A DNA stretch of 64,000 nt, taken from positions 6,011 to 70,010 of the forward strand of contig JABDGY010000002.1 in NCBI GenBank assembly GCA_013285805.1. Reading direction: 5' to 3'. Under the pieces are notes generated by a model. It had not been told where the DNA came from. It searched no databases and saw only the letters and a list, made by a program, of their open reading frames with translations. Shown here piece after piece: positions 50,848 to 60,300 of the stretch. The position numbers and the translations under genes are program-made. The first letter of the stretch is position 1. Each line of letters starts with the position of its first letter. The stretch comes from Bacteroidota bacterium. Its GTDB lineage: Bacteria; Bacteroidota; Bacteroidia; JABEUT01.

Positions 50848-53800
50848 ATGAAAAAATCTACAGCCTTATTCAAAATCGTTCTTACCATGGTTACCTTAAC
50901 CATGCTATTTAACTTCACCAAAGCCCAAACAGTTGGTGTATTATATGGCATGGCACCAAAAGGAGGAGATAGCCTGGGAGGTGTTCTGTATAATTACGAC
51001 CCCCTTAGCTCCGCAAACAATGTGGCTTACCCTTTTCAAAACGTAGGGCCTGAGTATCCTTATTATAATAATATGATACAGGCTAACGATGGTAACTACT
51101 ACGGTATGACAAGCTCGGGTGGTGGTTATAGTTATGGAACATTATTCCAGTATAACCCAACAACTAAAAAAGTAAAGGTGCTTGTTAACTTCGACAATTA
51201 TACTCTTGGGGCAGACCCTACCGGAAGCCTTATACAGGCCACAGATGGAAATTTATATGGCATGACAAGTTTTGGAGGAAGCATAAATGGTTTTGGTACC
51301 TTATTCAGATACTCTTTATCGGGAACTTTTACAACCCTGGTTGTATTTAACGACACAAATGGCGGAAACCCATACGGTAGCCTTATACAAGGTGTCGATG
51401 GCAAGTTATATGGCATGACAAACACAGGTGGCATGATTGGTAGCGGAAATTACGGTTACGGTTTTGGTACAATATTTGTCAGCACATTATCGGGTACACT
51501 TGCAACCCTGGTTAATTTCGACAGTACTACTATGGGCTGTTATCCTTATGGCAGTCTTATTCAGGGTATTGACGGTAACCTGTATGGTATGGCAAACCAG
51601 GGCGGTACTTCTGACTCAGGAACAATGTTCAAGTGCAGTACAACAGGAACGTTCACTACTCTTGTAAATTTTAATCATACTAAAGGCTCTCTCCCGTATG
51701 GCAGTCTTATCCAGGCTACCAATGGCTATTTGTATGGTATGACTGAAATGGGCGGTGCTTCAAACCAGGGAACACTATTTAAATGTACAACTGCTGGCAC
51801 ATTTAGTTCACTGGGCTTTTTTGCCAATGGCGAATATCCTCTTGGCAGTGTTATACAAGCTACTGATGGTAACCTGTATGGTATGACAAGCGGTGGCGGT
51901 GCTCATGGTGATGGTTACGTTTTTAAATGCGGCCTGAGTGGAGGCTTTTCCGACATCTTTGATTTCAATAGTGTAAATGGACAAAATCCTTTCAGCAGCC
52001 TTTACCAGGGGAGCGACGGTGAACTTTACGGAATGACATATGTTGGCGGTACTGTGAAAAGTGGTACACTTTTCAAATGTTCTACAACAGGAACCCAGGT
52101 AGTGCTTGATAATTTTGCCAGCTGCTCCAATGGCAATCTTCCTTACGGAAACGTAATTCAGGCTACTGATGGAAACCTGTACGGCATGACTGAATATGGC
52201 GGAACATATAATCTGGGAAGTATATTCCAGTACAACCCGGTTTCAGGCGCATACAAAACCCTTTACGATTTTGATAGCATTCACGGTGCAACCCCAACGG
52301 GAACCCTACTGCAGGCAAATAACGGAAAGCTATACGGTATGACGGACGATGGGGGCAAGCACGGTTACGGTATACTTTTTTCCATAACAACTGCAGGTGT
52401 TTTTGATACACTTATGAGTTTCAGCAACCAAACTACAATGGGTGCATATCCTGTTGGCGCGCTTATTCAGGCTAAAGATGGAAATTTATATGGCGCTACA
52501 CTGCAGGGAGGCACGGCCAGTGAAGGTGTATTATTCAAATATACACTGGCAGGCGTCTTTACCAAATTAGTTGATTTTACAGGTAGCAATGGCGCGTACC
52601 CCAGGGCAGGCGTTATGCAGGCATCTGATAACAACTTATATGGCACAACCAACCAGGGTGGTTCATCAAGTTCAGGAACAATTTACAGGTGTACAACCAG
52701 CGGAACACTTACTACATTGGTAAACTTCAATTATGGTAACGGTGAAAATCCTTATAGCAAACTTGTTCAGGCAACTGATGGAAATTTGTGGGGCATAGCA
52801 GGCAGCGCAAATGGCGAAGTATTTAAGTGCAGCCTTGCAGGAACCCTTACTGTAATGGCTTCAATGAATGGAAGCACAACAGGCGCTACACCTGAGGGTA
52901 GTCTTATCCAGGCTTCAGACGGTAATTTTTACGGTACAGTTTATGGTGGAGGTACTACCGGATATGGTATTGTGTTCCAATGTACATTGGCCGGTGCACT
53001 TACACCTGTTGTGAATTTCAATATCAATAACGGTCAGGGGCCCAATGCTGATCTGACTGAAGTTATGAGCGTATCTGTTTCAGCAAGCGATGTTGGTTGT
53101 ACAGTTCAAACACTTACTGCAAATGTGAGAGGCGGTGGTACAATAGTGCCTTATACTTATTCATGGTCTACAGGTGCAACCACATCGAGTATAAGCGGCA
53201 TTACCGCTGCAGGTACATATAGTGTTACTGTTACCAATTCAAAGGGCATAGCCATTACCTCAAGTATTGCATTGCCATCATTTACGCCTATCAGTTCTTC
53301 CATGGTCAGCGTAAATGAACCTTGTTTTGGCGATAACTTTGGCAGCGCCACCGATAATGTAATGGGTGGTACATCACCTTATGTTTATTCATGGAATAAT
53401 GGAGCAACCACTTCTGCAGTTAATAATGTGGGGGCGGGAAAATATGTTGTTACTGCTATTGATAATTCAGGCTGCAAAACAAAAGATAGTGTAACCATAA
53501 CACAACCCTCAATGCTTACGGTTGCAATGACGGGCACTAATGACAAATGCTTTGGGTTCCCGAATGGCTCTGCTTCGGCTACCCCTGCCGGAGGTACATC
53601 CCCTTATGTTTATTCATGGAATACATCCAGTACCGCCCCTTCTATTAACAACCTTGCTGCAGGAACCTATAGTGTTACCGTAACAGATAATCATGGGTGT
53701 ACAGCCATGGGTACCGATACGGTTAAGCAACCAGCTAATACACTCGATAGTGCCAGAATATGTATGGTAACCGTTGATACAGGTTCGGTACATAATATCA

Positions 53801-54612
53801 TATCGTGGAATACAACGGGCATTACTAATGTAGATAGCTTTAAGGTTTACTTTTACAATTCCAGTAACCACTGGCAATTACTTGGTGAACAGTTATTCTC
53901 GGCACCAAGCTATTATGTAGATACAGCCAAAATCAACAATCCTAATGCCAATACGGTTAGGTACTGCTTAACCGCGGTTGATTCATGCGGCAATGAAGAA
54001 GCCATTACCGCAAGTACCTGGCAGAATACAGCCCATATAATAAATACAGGCGGCGGAACCTTTAGCTGGTCAGGAACAGGATACCTTATCCAGGGTGTGG
54101 GATTACCTGTTCAAACATACTATCTGTACCGTGATAATTTAAGCAGCGGCAACTGGAAAGCTATCGATTCTGTATCAGGTACCCAGAATACAATGACCGA
54201 CCCGAACTATTCTTTGTATCCTACCGGAAGGTGGAGAGTTGATGCATTGCTTAGTGTTTCCGGATGTACTCCTCCAACTTTGAGGGTTGAATCAATCAAT
54301 TACAATTCTTCAAAATCGAACATTATAGATGGTTTCATAACAGGAGTGCAAACTATTTCTTCTGCAAACTCTGTTTCTGTATATCCTAATCCTGCAAACC
54401 AGGTGCTGAATATCAGTTTCGCTAAGTTCAAGTCCGACAATGTTAGTATAGATATTACAGATGTCACCGGTAGAGTTATAATGAGCATGGATGCAAATGC
54501 TACTCAAGGTAAAGTTCTTCCTGTGGACATTGAATACCTGCCTTCGGGAATTTACTTTGTACACATTGCAAATAATAACTTTACTCAAACAGTAAAATTT
54601 GTAAAGGAATAA
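50848..54612 (+). CDS. large (1254 aa) secreted protein with choice-of-anchor tandem GloVer (Gloeo_Verruco) repeats, SprB repeats and a T9SS type-A C-terminal sorting domain
   Basis: About 20 repeats of G.LYGMT..GG....GTLFK....GTFTTLVNF (GloVer type), then PYTYSWSTG / PYVYSWNNG SprB repeats, and a C-terminal VSVYPNPANQVLNI...GIYFVHIANNNFTQTVKFVKE. Confidence 0.8.
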   Translation: MKKSTALFKIVLTMVTLTMLFNFTKAQTVGVLYGMAPKGGDSLGGVLYNYDPLSSANNVAYPFQNVGPEYPYYNNMIQANDGNYYGMTSSGGGYSYGTLFQYNPTTKKVKVLVNFDNYTLGADPTGSLIQATDGNLYGMTSFGGSINGFGTLFRYSLSGTFTTLVVFNDTNGGNPYGSLIQGVDGKLYGMTNTGGMIGSGNYGYGFGTIFVSTLSGTLATLVNFDSTTMGCYPYGSLIQGIDGNLYGMANQGGTSDSGTMFKCSTTGTFTTLVNFNHTKGSLPYGSLIQATNGYLYGMTEMGGASNQGTLFKCTTAGTFSSLGFFANGEYPLGSVIQATDGNLYGMTSGGGAHGDGYVFKCGLSGGFSDIFDFNSVNGQNPFSSLYQGSDGELYGMTYVGGTVKSGTLFKCSTTGTQVVLDNFASCSNGNLPYGNVIQATDGNLYGMTEYGGTYNLGSIFQYNPVSGAYKTLYDFDSIHGATPTGTLLQANNGKLYGMTDDGGKHGYGILFSITTAGVFDTLMSFSNQTTMGAYPVGALIQAKDGNLYGATLQGGTASEGVLFKYTLAGVFTKLVDFTGSNGAYPRAGVMQASDNNLYGTTNQGGSSSSGTIYRCTTSGTLTTLVNFNYGNGENPYSKLVQATDGNLWGIAGSANGEVFKCSLAGTLTVMASMNGSTTGATPEGSLIQASDGNFYGTVYGGGTTGYGIVFQCTLAGALTPVVNFNINNGQGPNADLTEVMSVSVSASDVGCTVQTLTANVRGGGTIVPYTYSWSTGATTSSISGITAAGTYSVTVTNSKGIAITSSIALPSFTPISSSMVSVNEPCFGDNFGSATDNVMGGTSPYVYSWNNGATTSAVNNVGAGKYVVTAIDNSGCKTKDSVTITQPSMLTVAMTGTNDKCFGFPNGSASATPAGGTSPYVYSWNTSSTAPSINNLAAGTYSVTVTDNHGCTAMGTDTVKQPANTLDSARICMVTVDTGSVHNIISWNTTGITNVDSFKVYFYNSSNHWQLLGEQLFSAPSYYVDTAKINNPNANTVRYCLTAVDSCGNEEAITASTWQNTAHIINTGGGTFSWSGTGYLIQGVGLPVQTYYLYRDNLSSGNWKAIDSVSGTQNTMTDPNYSLYPTGRWRVDALLSVSGCTPPTLRVESINYNSSKSNIIDGFITGVQTISSANSVSVYPNPANQVLNISFAKFKSDNVSIDITDVTGRVIMSMDANATQGKVLPVDIEYLPSGIYFVHIANNNFTQTVKFVKE

Positions 54613-54639
54613 ATAAGCTGACAACCCCATGATAAAAAG

Positions 54640-54669
54640 CCTCCGGCAGTATTGCCGGAGGTTTTTTTA
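54640..54669 (+). terminator. Rho-independent terminator downstream of the 1254-aa gene
   Basis: Stem CCTCCGGCA / TGCCGGAGG with loop GTAT, followed by T7. Confidence 0.85.
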
Positions 54670-54940
54670 TAGATGCTGGGGCGCACAACCCCAACCTCAC
54701 TCAATCGTGACAACTATTTGAACGAAATGTATCCTGAGGCAGTAGCCTTTATTTATCTAGTGCTTTGTTTCCATTACTCTATAAGAATATCTATGCTTCA
54801 CAAGGCAACTCCATTATGGCAACTTGAAAAGGGAAACATACTGAAATGCAGATTACGATGCTTATATTAACTTGCCTGTAATGCGGCATTATGTCGGGAG
54901 CGGCCTTTTTTTAAATAAAGTAAAGTGGTTTAGAAGGGCA

Positions 54941-54972
54941 AAAAAAGGGCTGCATAAATGCAGCCCTTTTAA
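54941..54972. terminator. Rho-independent terminator (bidirectional) downstream of the minus-strand gene 54990..56072
   Basis: A6 run, then stem GGGCTGCA / TGCAGCCC with loop TAAA, then TTTT. Confidence 0.75.
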
Positions 54973-54989
54973 ACTAAATTAATTCGGTT

Positions 54990-56072
54990 TTAGTTCTTTA
55001 CAAACTTAAGGATGTAAGAATTTCCTGTCCTGGTTTCCTTAATATTTACAAAATACAAACCAGAGCTCAACTCTTCTGTATTAATATTAAATTGCTTGTT
55101 CTCTTCTACCTGTATAGAATTTACAGGCTGGCCAAGAACATTATATACAGTTACAATTTTAGAACCATTGTAAGTACCATTGATGGTAGTAGAAGTACTT
55201 GCAGGGTTAGGATATAAAGTATAGCCGCCCACCGGAGAAGATAATTCATCAATAGAAGAAGGGCCTGTAGCTAAAACAGCTATATTGTCATACCTGTCGT
55301 TATGGCTAGGTGCTGAACAATTAGATCCTGCCGGGCGGAATCTCAGAATAAAATTAGCATTGTTATTCACTGAGGTATCGCTTGCAAAATTTATCTGAAC
55401 CGGGTACCAGCCGCTGGTAGCTGTAATGGTATTATTTATCAGTAAAGTGTCAGGATAACGAACACCGCCAATATTAAAAGTATCCATTGCCTGGGTAAGG
55501 TTTTTCCATGTAACACCGTTATTGGTGCTATATGAAATTATATTGTATTGCGCAGCGCCAGAGCTGGAAGTAGAAACTGCATAATTTACTGAAATACCCT
55601 TGTAACCTGTGGTTGGGGCATAAATGTATAAATAGCAGCTATCGGAAGGATTACGGGCCCTGATAAATCCGTTGCCTATTGCACCTCCGCTATCACTTGT
55701 AGTGAAGTACGAATATTTGTTGCTACTGTAGTCGTAATAAAATGCTCCTCCAGAACCTTCATCAAGAATACTGTCTCTTTGTCCTGTTCCGCCTGAGCCG
55801 TAAATTTTAGTCGGGCGGGTGTAAATAATATGTCCCTTTGATGACAATGGTGCAGTGTAAGCCGCATTCAATGGCCAGGTATCCATGGTGGAATCACTGG
55901 CTGCCGTGTTGATATAGCTGAATATTGTTCCAACACTGTCACCAGCTGTAACTGTCACCGGGTGAAATTGGTTAAAATCCCAGAATTGAACTAGTATCTG
56001 AGCATTTGCCCTGGGAAGGGAAAATACTAAAGACACTGATAGCGCTAAATAGATGTAAAGTTTTGTTTTCAT
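54990..56072 (-). CDS. secreted protein with one FWDFN-type domain and a T9SS type-A C-terminal sorting domain
   Basis: Signal peptide; the domain runs from FWDFN through YSTNNGVTWKNLTQAMDTFNIGGVRYPDTLL to RYDNIAV; and the C-terminus YTLYPNPASTSTTI...GLYFVNIKE...ILKFVKN. Confidence 0.8.
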   Translation of the reverse strand: MKTKLYIYLALSVSLVFSLPRANAQILVQFWDFNQFHPVTVTAGDSVGTIFSYINTAASDSTMDTWPLNAAYTAPLSSKGHIIYTRPTKIYGSGGTGQRDSILDEGSGGAFYYDYSSNKYSYFTTSDSGGAIGNGFIRARNPSDSCYLYIYAPTTGYKGISVNYAVSTSSSGAAQYNIISYSTNNGVTWKNLTQAMDTFNIGGVRYPDTLLINNTITATSGWYPVQINFASDTSVNNNANFILRFRPAGSNCSAPSHNDRYDNIAVLATGPSSIDELSSPVGGYTLYPNPASTSTTINGTYNGSKIVTVYNVLGQPVNSIQVEENKQFNINTEELSSGLYFVNIKETRTGNSYILKFVKN

Positions 56073-56196
56073 GAACTTTGTTTTAGTGTGTTATTAATAA
56101 ATACTTAAAGTGGCGCAAGAGTAAGGCTTGTTTGTTACCTTATTGTTAATTACATATTACGATAAGTATTCATTTTCAATTGACTGCAGCGCTCAA

Positions 56197-56215
56197 TTCT
56201 GTAGGAAATCTGTAG
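56197..56215. promoter_or_regulatory. conserved intergenic motif TTCTGTAGGAAATCTGTAG (copy 3 of 3), 125 bp upstream of gene 54990..56072
   Basis: Same heptamer direct repeat as copies 1 and 2. Confidence 0.4.
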
Positions 56216-56242
56216 TATGATTTCCACTCCTTATCCATTACC

Positions 56243-57310
56243 TTATTTGATGTATTTAAGCGAAAGCTCAATAGCGCCTCTGCCTGAAGAGGCTACATTT
56301 AATTGGGACACATTTTCATCGTAACTAATACCAATACAATAATCTCTCACTTTCATGCCCAACATAATAATAACGGCATCATTCCACCTGTAATAAATTC
56401 CCATATCAAAGGCATTACCGCCCTTTTTAATGCCGGTATACCTGCTTTCATCCTGCATTACATAATATCTCAACTTTATCCCGGTATTCAATTCCTGCGA
56501 GGGTCCCTGTGAATAATAGACAAAGCCCGGTATTACAGTTAAATAAGAACCTCTTATACCAAGTTCTAGGCTGCCATGTATGTCGTACCTCATGTATAAA
56601 AGCGTACCATTCACTGAACTTCCATAGAATGAAATATCAGGCTGGTTAATATGATACACTGCAAAGCCTACATCAGCCTTGCTTTCATTATTAGTTGTCA
56701 TTCCTACCTGCCCCGATGAATATTGATAATTTGCCCCTGCTGAAAAATCCATATAGGAAAACGAATTACCGAAAGTGGGTTCCCCGGTAGGCGCATTGGG
56801 GTCGTAATCATCGCCCACAAACTGTTCGCCCCATTGCAACCCGGCTGTATTCATGCTTCGCTGAGCCCAGGCTCCTTGTATTCCGATTGCAACTGTATTT
56901 TTACTGTTCAGCATTATTCCGCATGCCATATTTAAAGCAACTTCGGTCGTACCCATTTTAGCATCTCCCGATTTATCGTTATAAAATAAAATACCGGGAG
57001 ATAAGTAACCCTTTTTCCATTTCTTTACCAGGTTTTGAAATTCCACAGTAGCACCCATTGTATTGAAACCGGCACCGCCTCCCATAACACTCGACCATTG
57101 GCTACGGTAATTTATTGATGCCAGTACAGTACCCTGAAATGACCCGCACAATGCAGGGTTTAACGTAAGGGGCGATTCAGTAAATTGGGAAAAATGCAAA
57201 TCCTGGGCCGCAGCAGGTTTGGCATTAAATGTTGCGGCAAGTACAATTAAAGTAAAAAGTAATATCCTGTTTATCATTCTGCCGTTCGCCGATTTATTAT
57301 TCATCTTCAT
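56243..57310 (-). CDS. PorP/SprF family type IX secretion system membrane protein
   Basis: N-terminus AQDLHFSQFTESPLTLNPALCGSFQGTVLASINYRSQW. It lies 10 bp downstream of a type-B CTD gene. Confidence 0.9.
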   Translation of the reverse strand: MKMNNKSANGRMINRILLFTLIVLAATFNAKPAAAQDLHFSQFTESPLTLNPALCGSFQGTVLASINYRSQWSSVMGGGAGFNTMGATVEFQNLVKKWKKGYLSPGILFYNDKSGDAKMGTTEVALNMACGIMLNSKNTVAIGIQGAWAQRSMNTAGLQWGEQFVGDDYDPNAPTGEPTFGNSFSYMDFSAGANYQYSSGQVGMTTNNESKADVGFAVYHINQPDISFYGSSVNGTLLYMRYDIHGSLELGIRGSYLTVIPGFVYYSQGPSQELNTGIKLRYYVMQDESRYTGIKKGGNAFDMGIYYRWNDAVIIMLGMKVRDYCIGISYDENVSQLNVASSGRGAIELSLKYIK

Positions 57311-57320
57311 TGCGTAAAAT

Positions 57321-60300
57321 TTATTTTACCAGTGTTACGTTTCCGCTTTTTGTTACTTCAGTGCCATCTAAAAGTTTTGCCCATAAGTAATATGCATATA
57401 CATCAGGATTCATTGGCTGGCCGCGGTATGTGCCATCCCATCCCTGGTTTTGCGTCATGCTTTCAAATATTTTATTACCCCAGCGGTCATAAACTATAAA
57501 GTCCATTGAACCTACGCACAGCCCATAAACATACAATACGTCGTTATGGCCGTCTCCATTAGGAGAGAAAACATTGGGAACAAATAAATGTCCGCAAATA
57601 TCTGTAACGTTTACCTGCACTGTATCTTCAGTTTTACACCCGTTTCCATCGGTAGTTATTACATAATAAGTAGTATTTACAAGTGGATTTGCCGATGGGT
57701 CAGGGCAGGTGTTGCAACTCAAAGAACCCGAAGGCGACCAATCATAAATACTTCCCGGTAATTGCGGACTGACCGTTAACGTAACCGATTGACCAATATT
57801 AATGGTTGCAGGGGTAGGTGTAGCAACTTCAACAGGCAACGGATTAACTATTACCTTAACGCTATCTTCTGCTGTACAAACTCCGTTTGCAAGTATAACA
57901 GTATATGTAATAGTTACAGCGGGCTTAGCTACCGGATCATCAATGTTAATTGAACTTAAGCCTGCAGGTGGAGACCAAACATATGTTGCCGCACCCGAAG
58001 CGGAGAGGTTTGCCGAATTACCTATGCAGATTGACTGTGTCGGGCTGACTGTAGGAACCGGTGTCGGGGTTACAGTTACTGTAACAGTAGTGTCTTTTAT
58101 ACATAAGCCATTGCTCACCTGTACTGTATATGTAGTTGTTGTAGCCGGAGTTACAGAATCGGCTGAAGTAGCAGGGCCATTGCTCCATAAATAACTTGTT
58201 CCTCCACTTGCAGTAAGTATGGTAAACTTGCCTGAACAAATAGAAGTGTTTCCGCCAAGTACAGGAACAGGAACAGGGTTTACGGTAACAGTAGTAACAG
58301 TATCTTTACTGCAGGCGCCATTACTTACAGTAACCGTGTATGTACTTGCTGTAAGCGGAGTTACTGAAATAGTAGCCGTCTTCGCCCCTGTGCTCCAGGT
58401 ATACTTTGTACCACCTGTGGCCGTTAGTGTTGCCGAACTACCCGCGCATATAGCCTGGGGTGGTGTTACACCCGGAACCGGAATACTTAATACTGTAACC
58501 GTTATGCTTGTATCTGCAGTGCATAGACCATTACCGACTACAACAGAATATGTTGTGGTAGAAGGCGGTGTTACTAAAATACTTGCGCTAGTTTTACCAT
58601 TGCTCCATGCATACGTGGTGCCACCCGATGCGGTGAGCGTTGTACTGCTTCCCGTACAAATTGAATCTATCCCGCTAACAGAAGCTGCCGGTGTGGGATT
58701 CACAACTATATTAACGCTAGTACTATCTGAACAACCTCCGTTTGTCGCCACTACAGTATACGTTTTATTTGCAGCCGGAGAGACAGTAATTGCAGCAGTT
58801 GCAGCGCCTGTGCTCCACAGGTAAGTGCTTCCGCCGGAAGCTGTAAGTGTTGTTGAATTACCCGAACAGATAGTGTCCTTTCCGCTTATTGCGGGTGTTA
58901 TTTTGGGTGCCACAGTTACAGTAACCTTGGCTGAATCTATACACCCCGATATACTTGTGCCTATTACCTCATAACTAGTAGTAGTAGCAGGACTTGCAAC
59001 CGGGTTCGGACAGTTTGTACATGTTAACGAAGTTGCCGGCGACCAGGTATATTTTGAGGCACCTCCGGCTGTTAAATTAATATTACTTCCAAAGCATATA
59101 GTGGGTGCAGGTGGTGTTACGGTAATAACAGGTAATGGATTTACCTTTATAGTAACATTTGCTGTACTGCTGCAACCACTGGTATTTGTACCGGTAACGG
59201 TATATGTTTGAGTAGCAACCGGGGTAAATGCAACAGCGTTTGTTACTCCGCCTGTCCATGTGTATGTACTTGCCCCTGTTCCGGTTAATGTAACACTTCC
59301 ACCTGCACAAACTGAATCTGCAGATAACGCAGTTGTTCCCACAACCGGCAAAGGATTCACTTTTATTTTTATGCTAGCTGTATCAGTGCATCCCTTACTG
59401 TCAGTACCTGTTACCGTATATGTTTGGGTAGCAGCCGGTGTAAATGCAATCCCGTTTGTTGCTCCTCCTGTCCATGTATAACTTAATGCACCGCCACCGG
59501 TTAATATTACATTACTCCCGCTGCAAACAGAATCTTTACTTGCATTTGCAGTTACCGTAGGAAGAGGATTTACTGCTACAGTAATACTGTCTTTGGAAGT
59601 GCATCCATGGCTGTTGGTGCCTGTCACCGTATACGTTTGTGTTGCTGCAATAGCAAATGGTACACCATTAGTTACTCCGCCCGACCATGTATAGCTGGTT
59701 GCTCCGCCGCCGGTAAGCGTTACATTTCCACCCTGGCAAACTGTGGTTGGTGAAGCAGTGGCAGTAACTGAAGGGACCGGGTTAAGTACTATTTTAACGG
59801 TAGCTGTATTAACGCACCCGCCTACAGAAGTGCCCGTAACCGTATAGGTTTGATTAGCCACAGGTATAAACGGAACTCCATTGGTTACACCGCCCGACCA
59901 GGTATAAGTGGCTGCGCCACCGCCCGATAGCGTTACGCTAGAACCCTGGCAAACAGAATCGGAAGGCAGTGCGTTGCCGGTAACAGTTGGTAAGGGGTTT
60001 ACTTTTACAGTAACCACCGCTGTATCTGTGCACCCTCCGGCATTGGTACCTGTAACAGTATATGTTTGTGTAGCTGCAGGTGTAAATGGAACTCCGCTGG
60101 TTACACCACCTGTCCAGGTATAGGTTAAAGCTCCTCCGGCATTCACTGTAACAGGGCCACCTCCCGCACAAATAGAATCGGGGGTTGCAGTGGCTGTAAC
60201 AACCGGCCAGGTATTCAACGTTAGTGTAGCTGCAGTTGTAGTATCGTTTTTACAGGCTGCACAAATAATTATGCAGCGGAATGTATACCCGTTCATTGTT

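Noticed and set aside
54673-54870. 65-aa ORF between convergent genes
   Set aside because: It sits between two terminators in a convergent intergenic region. It has no ribosome-binding context or conservation signal, so it is probably spurious.
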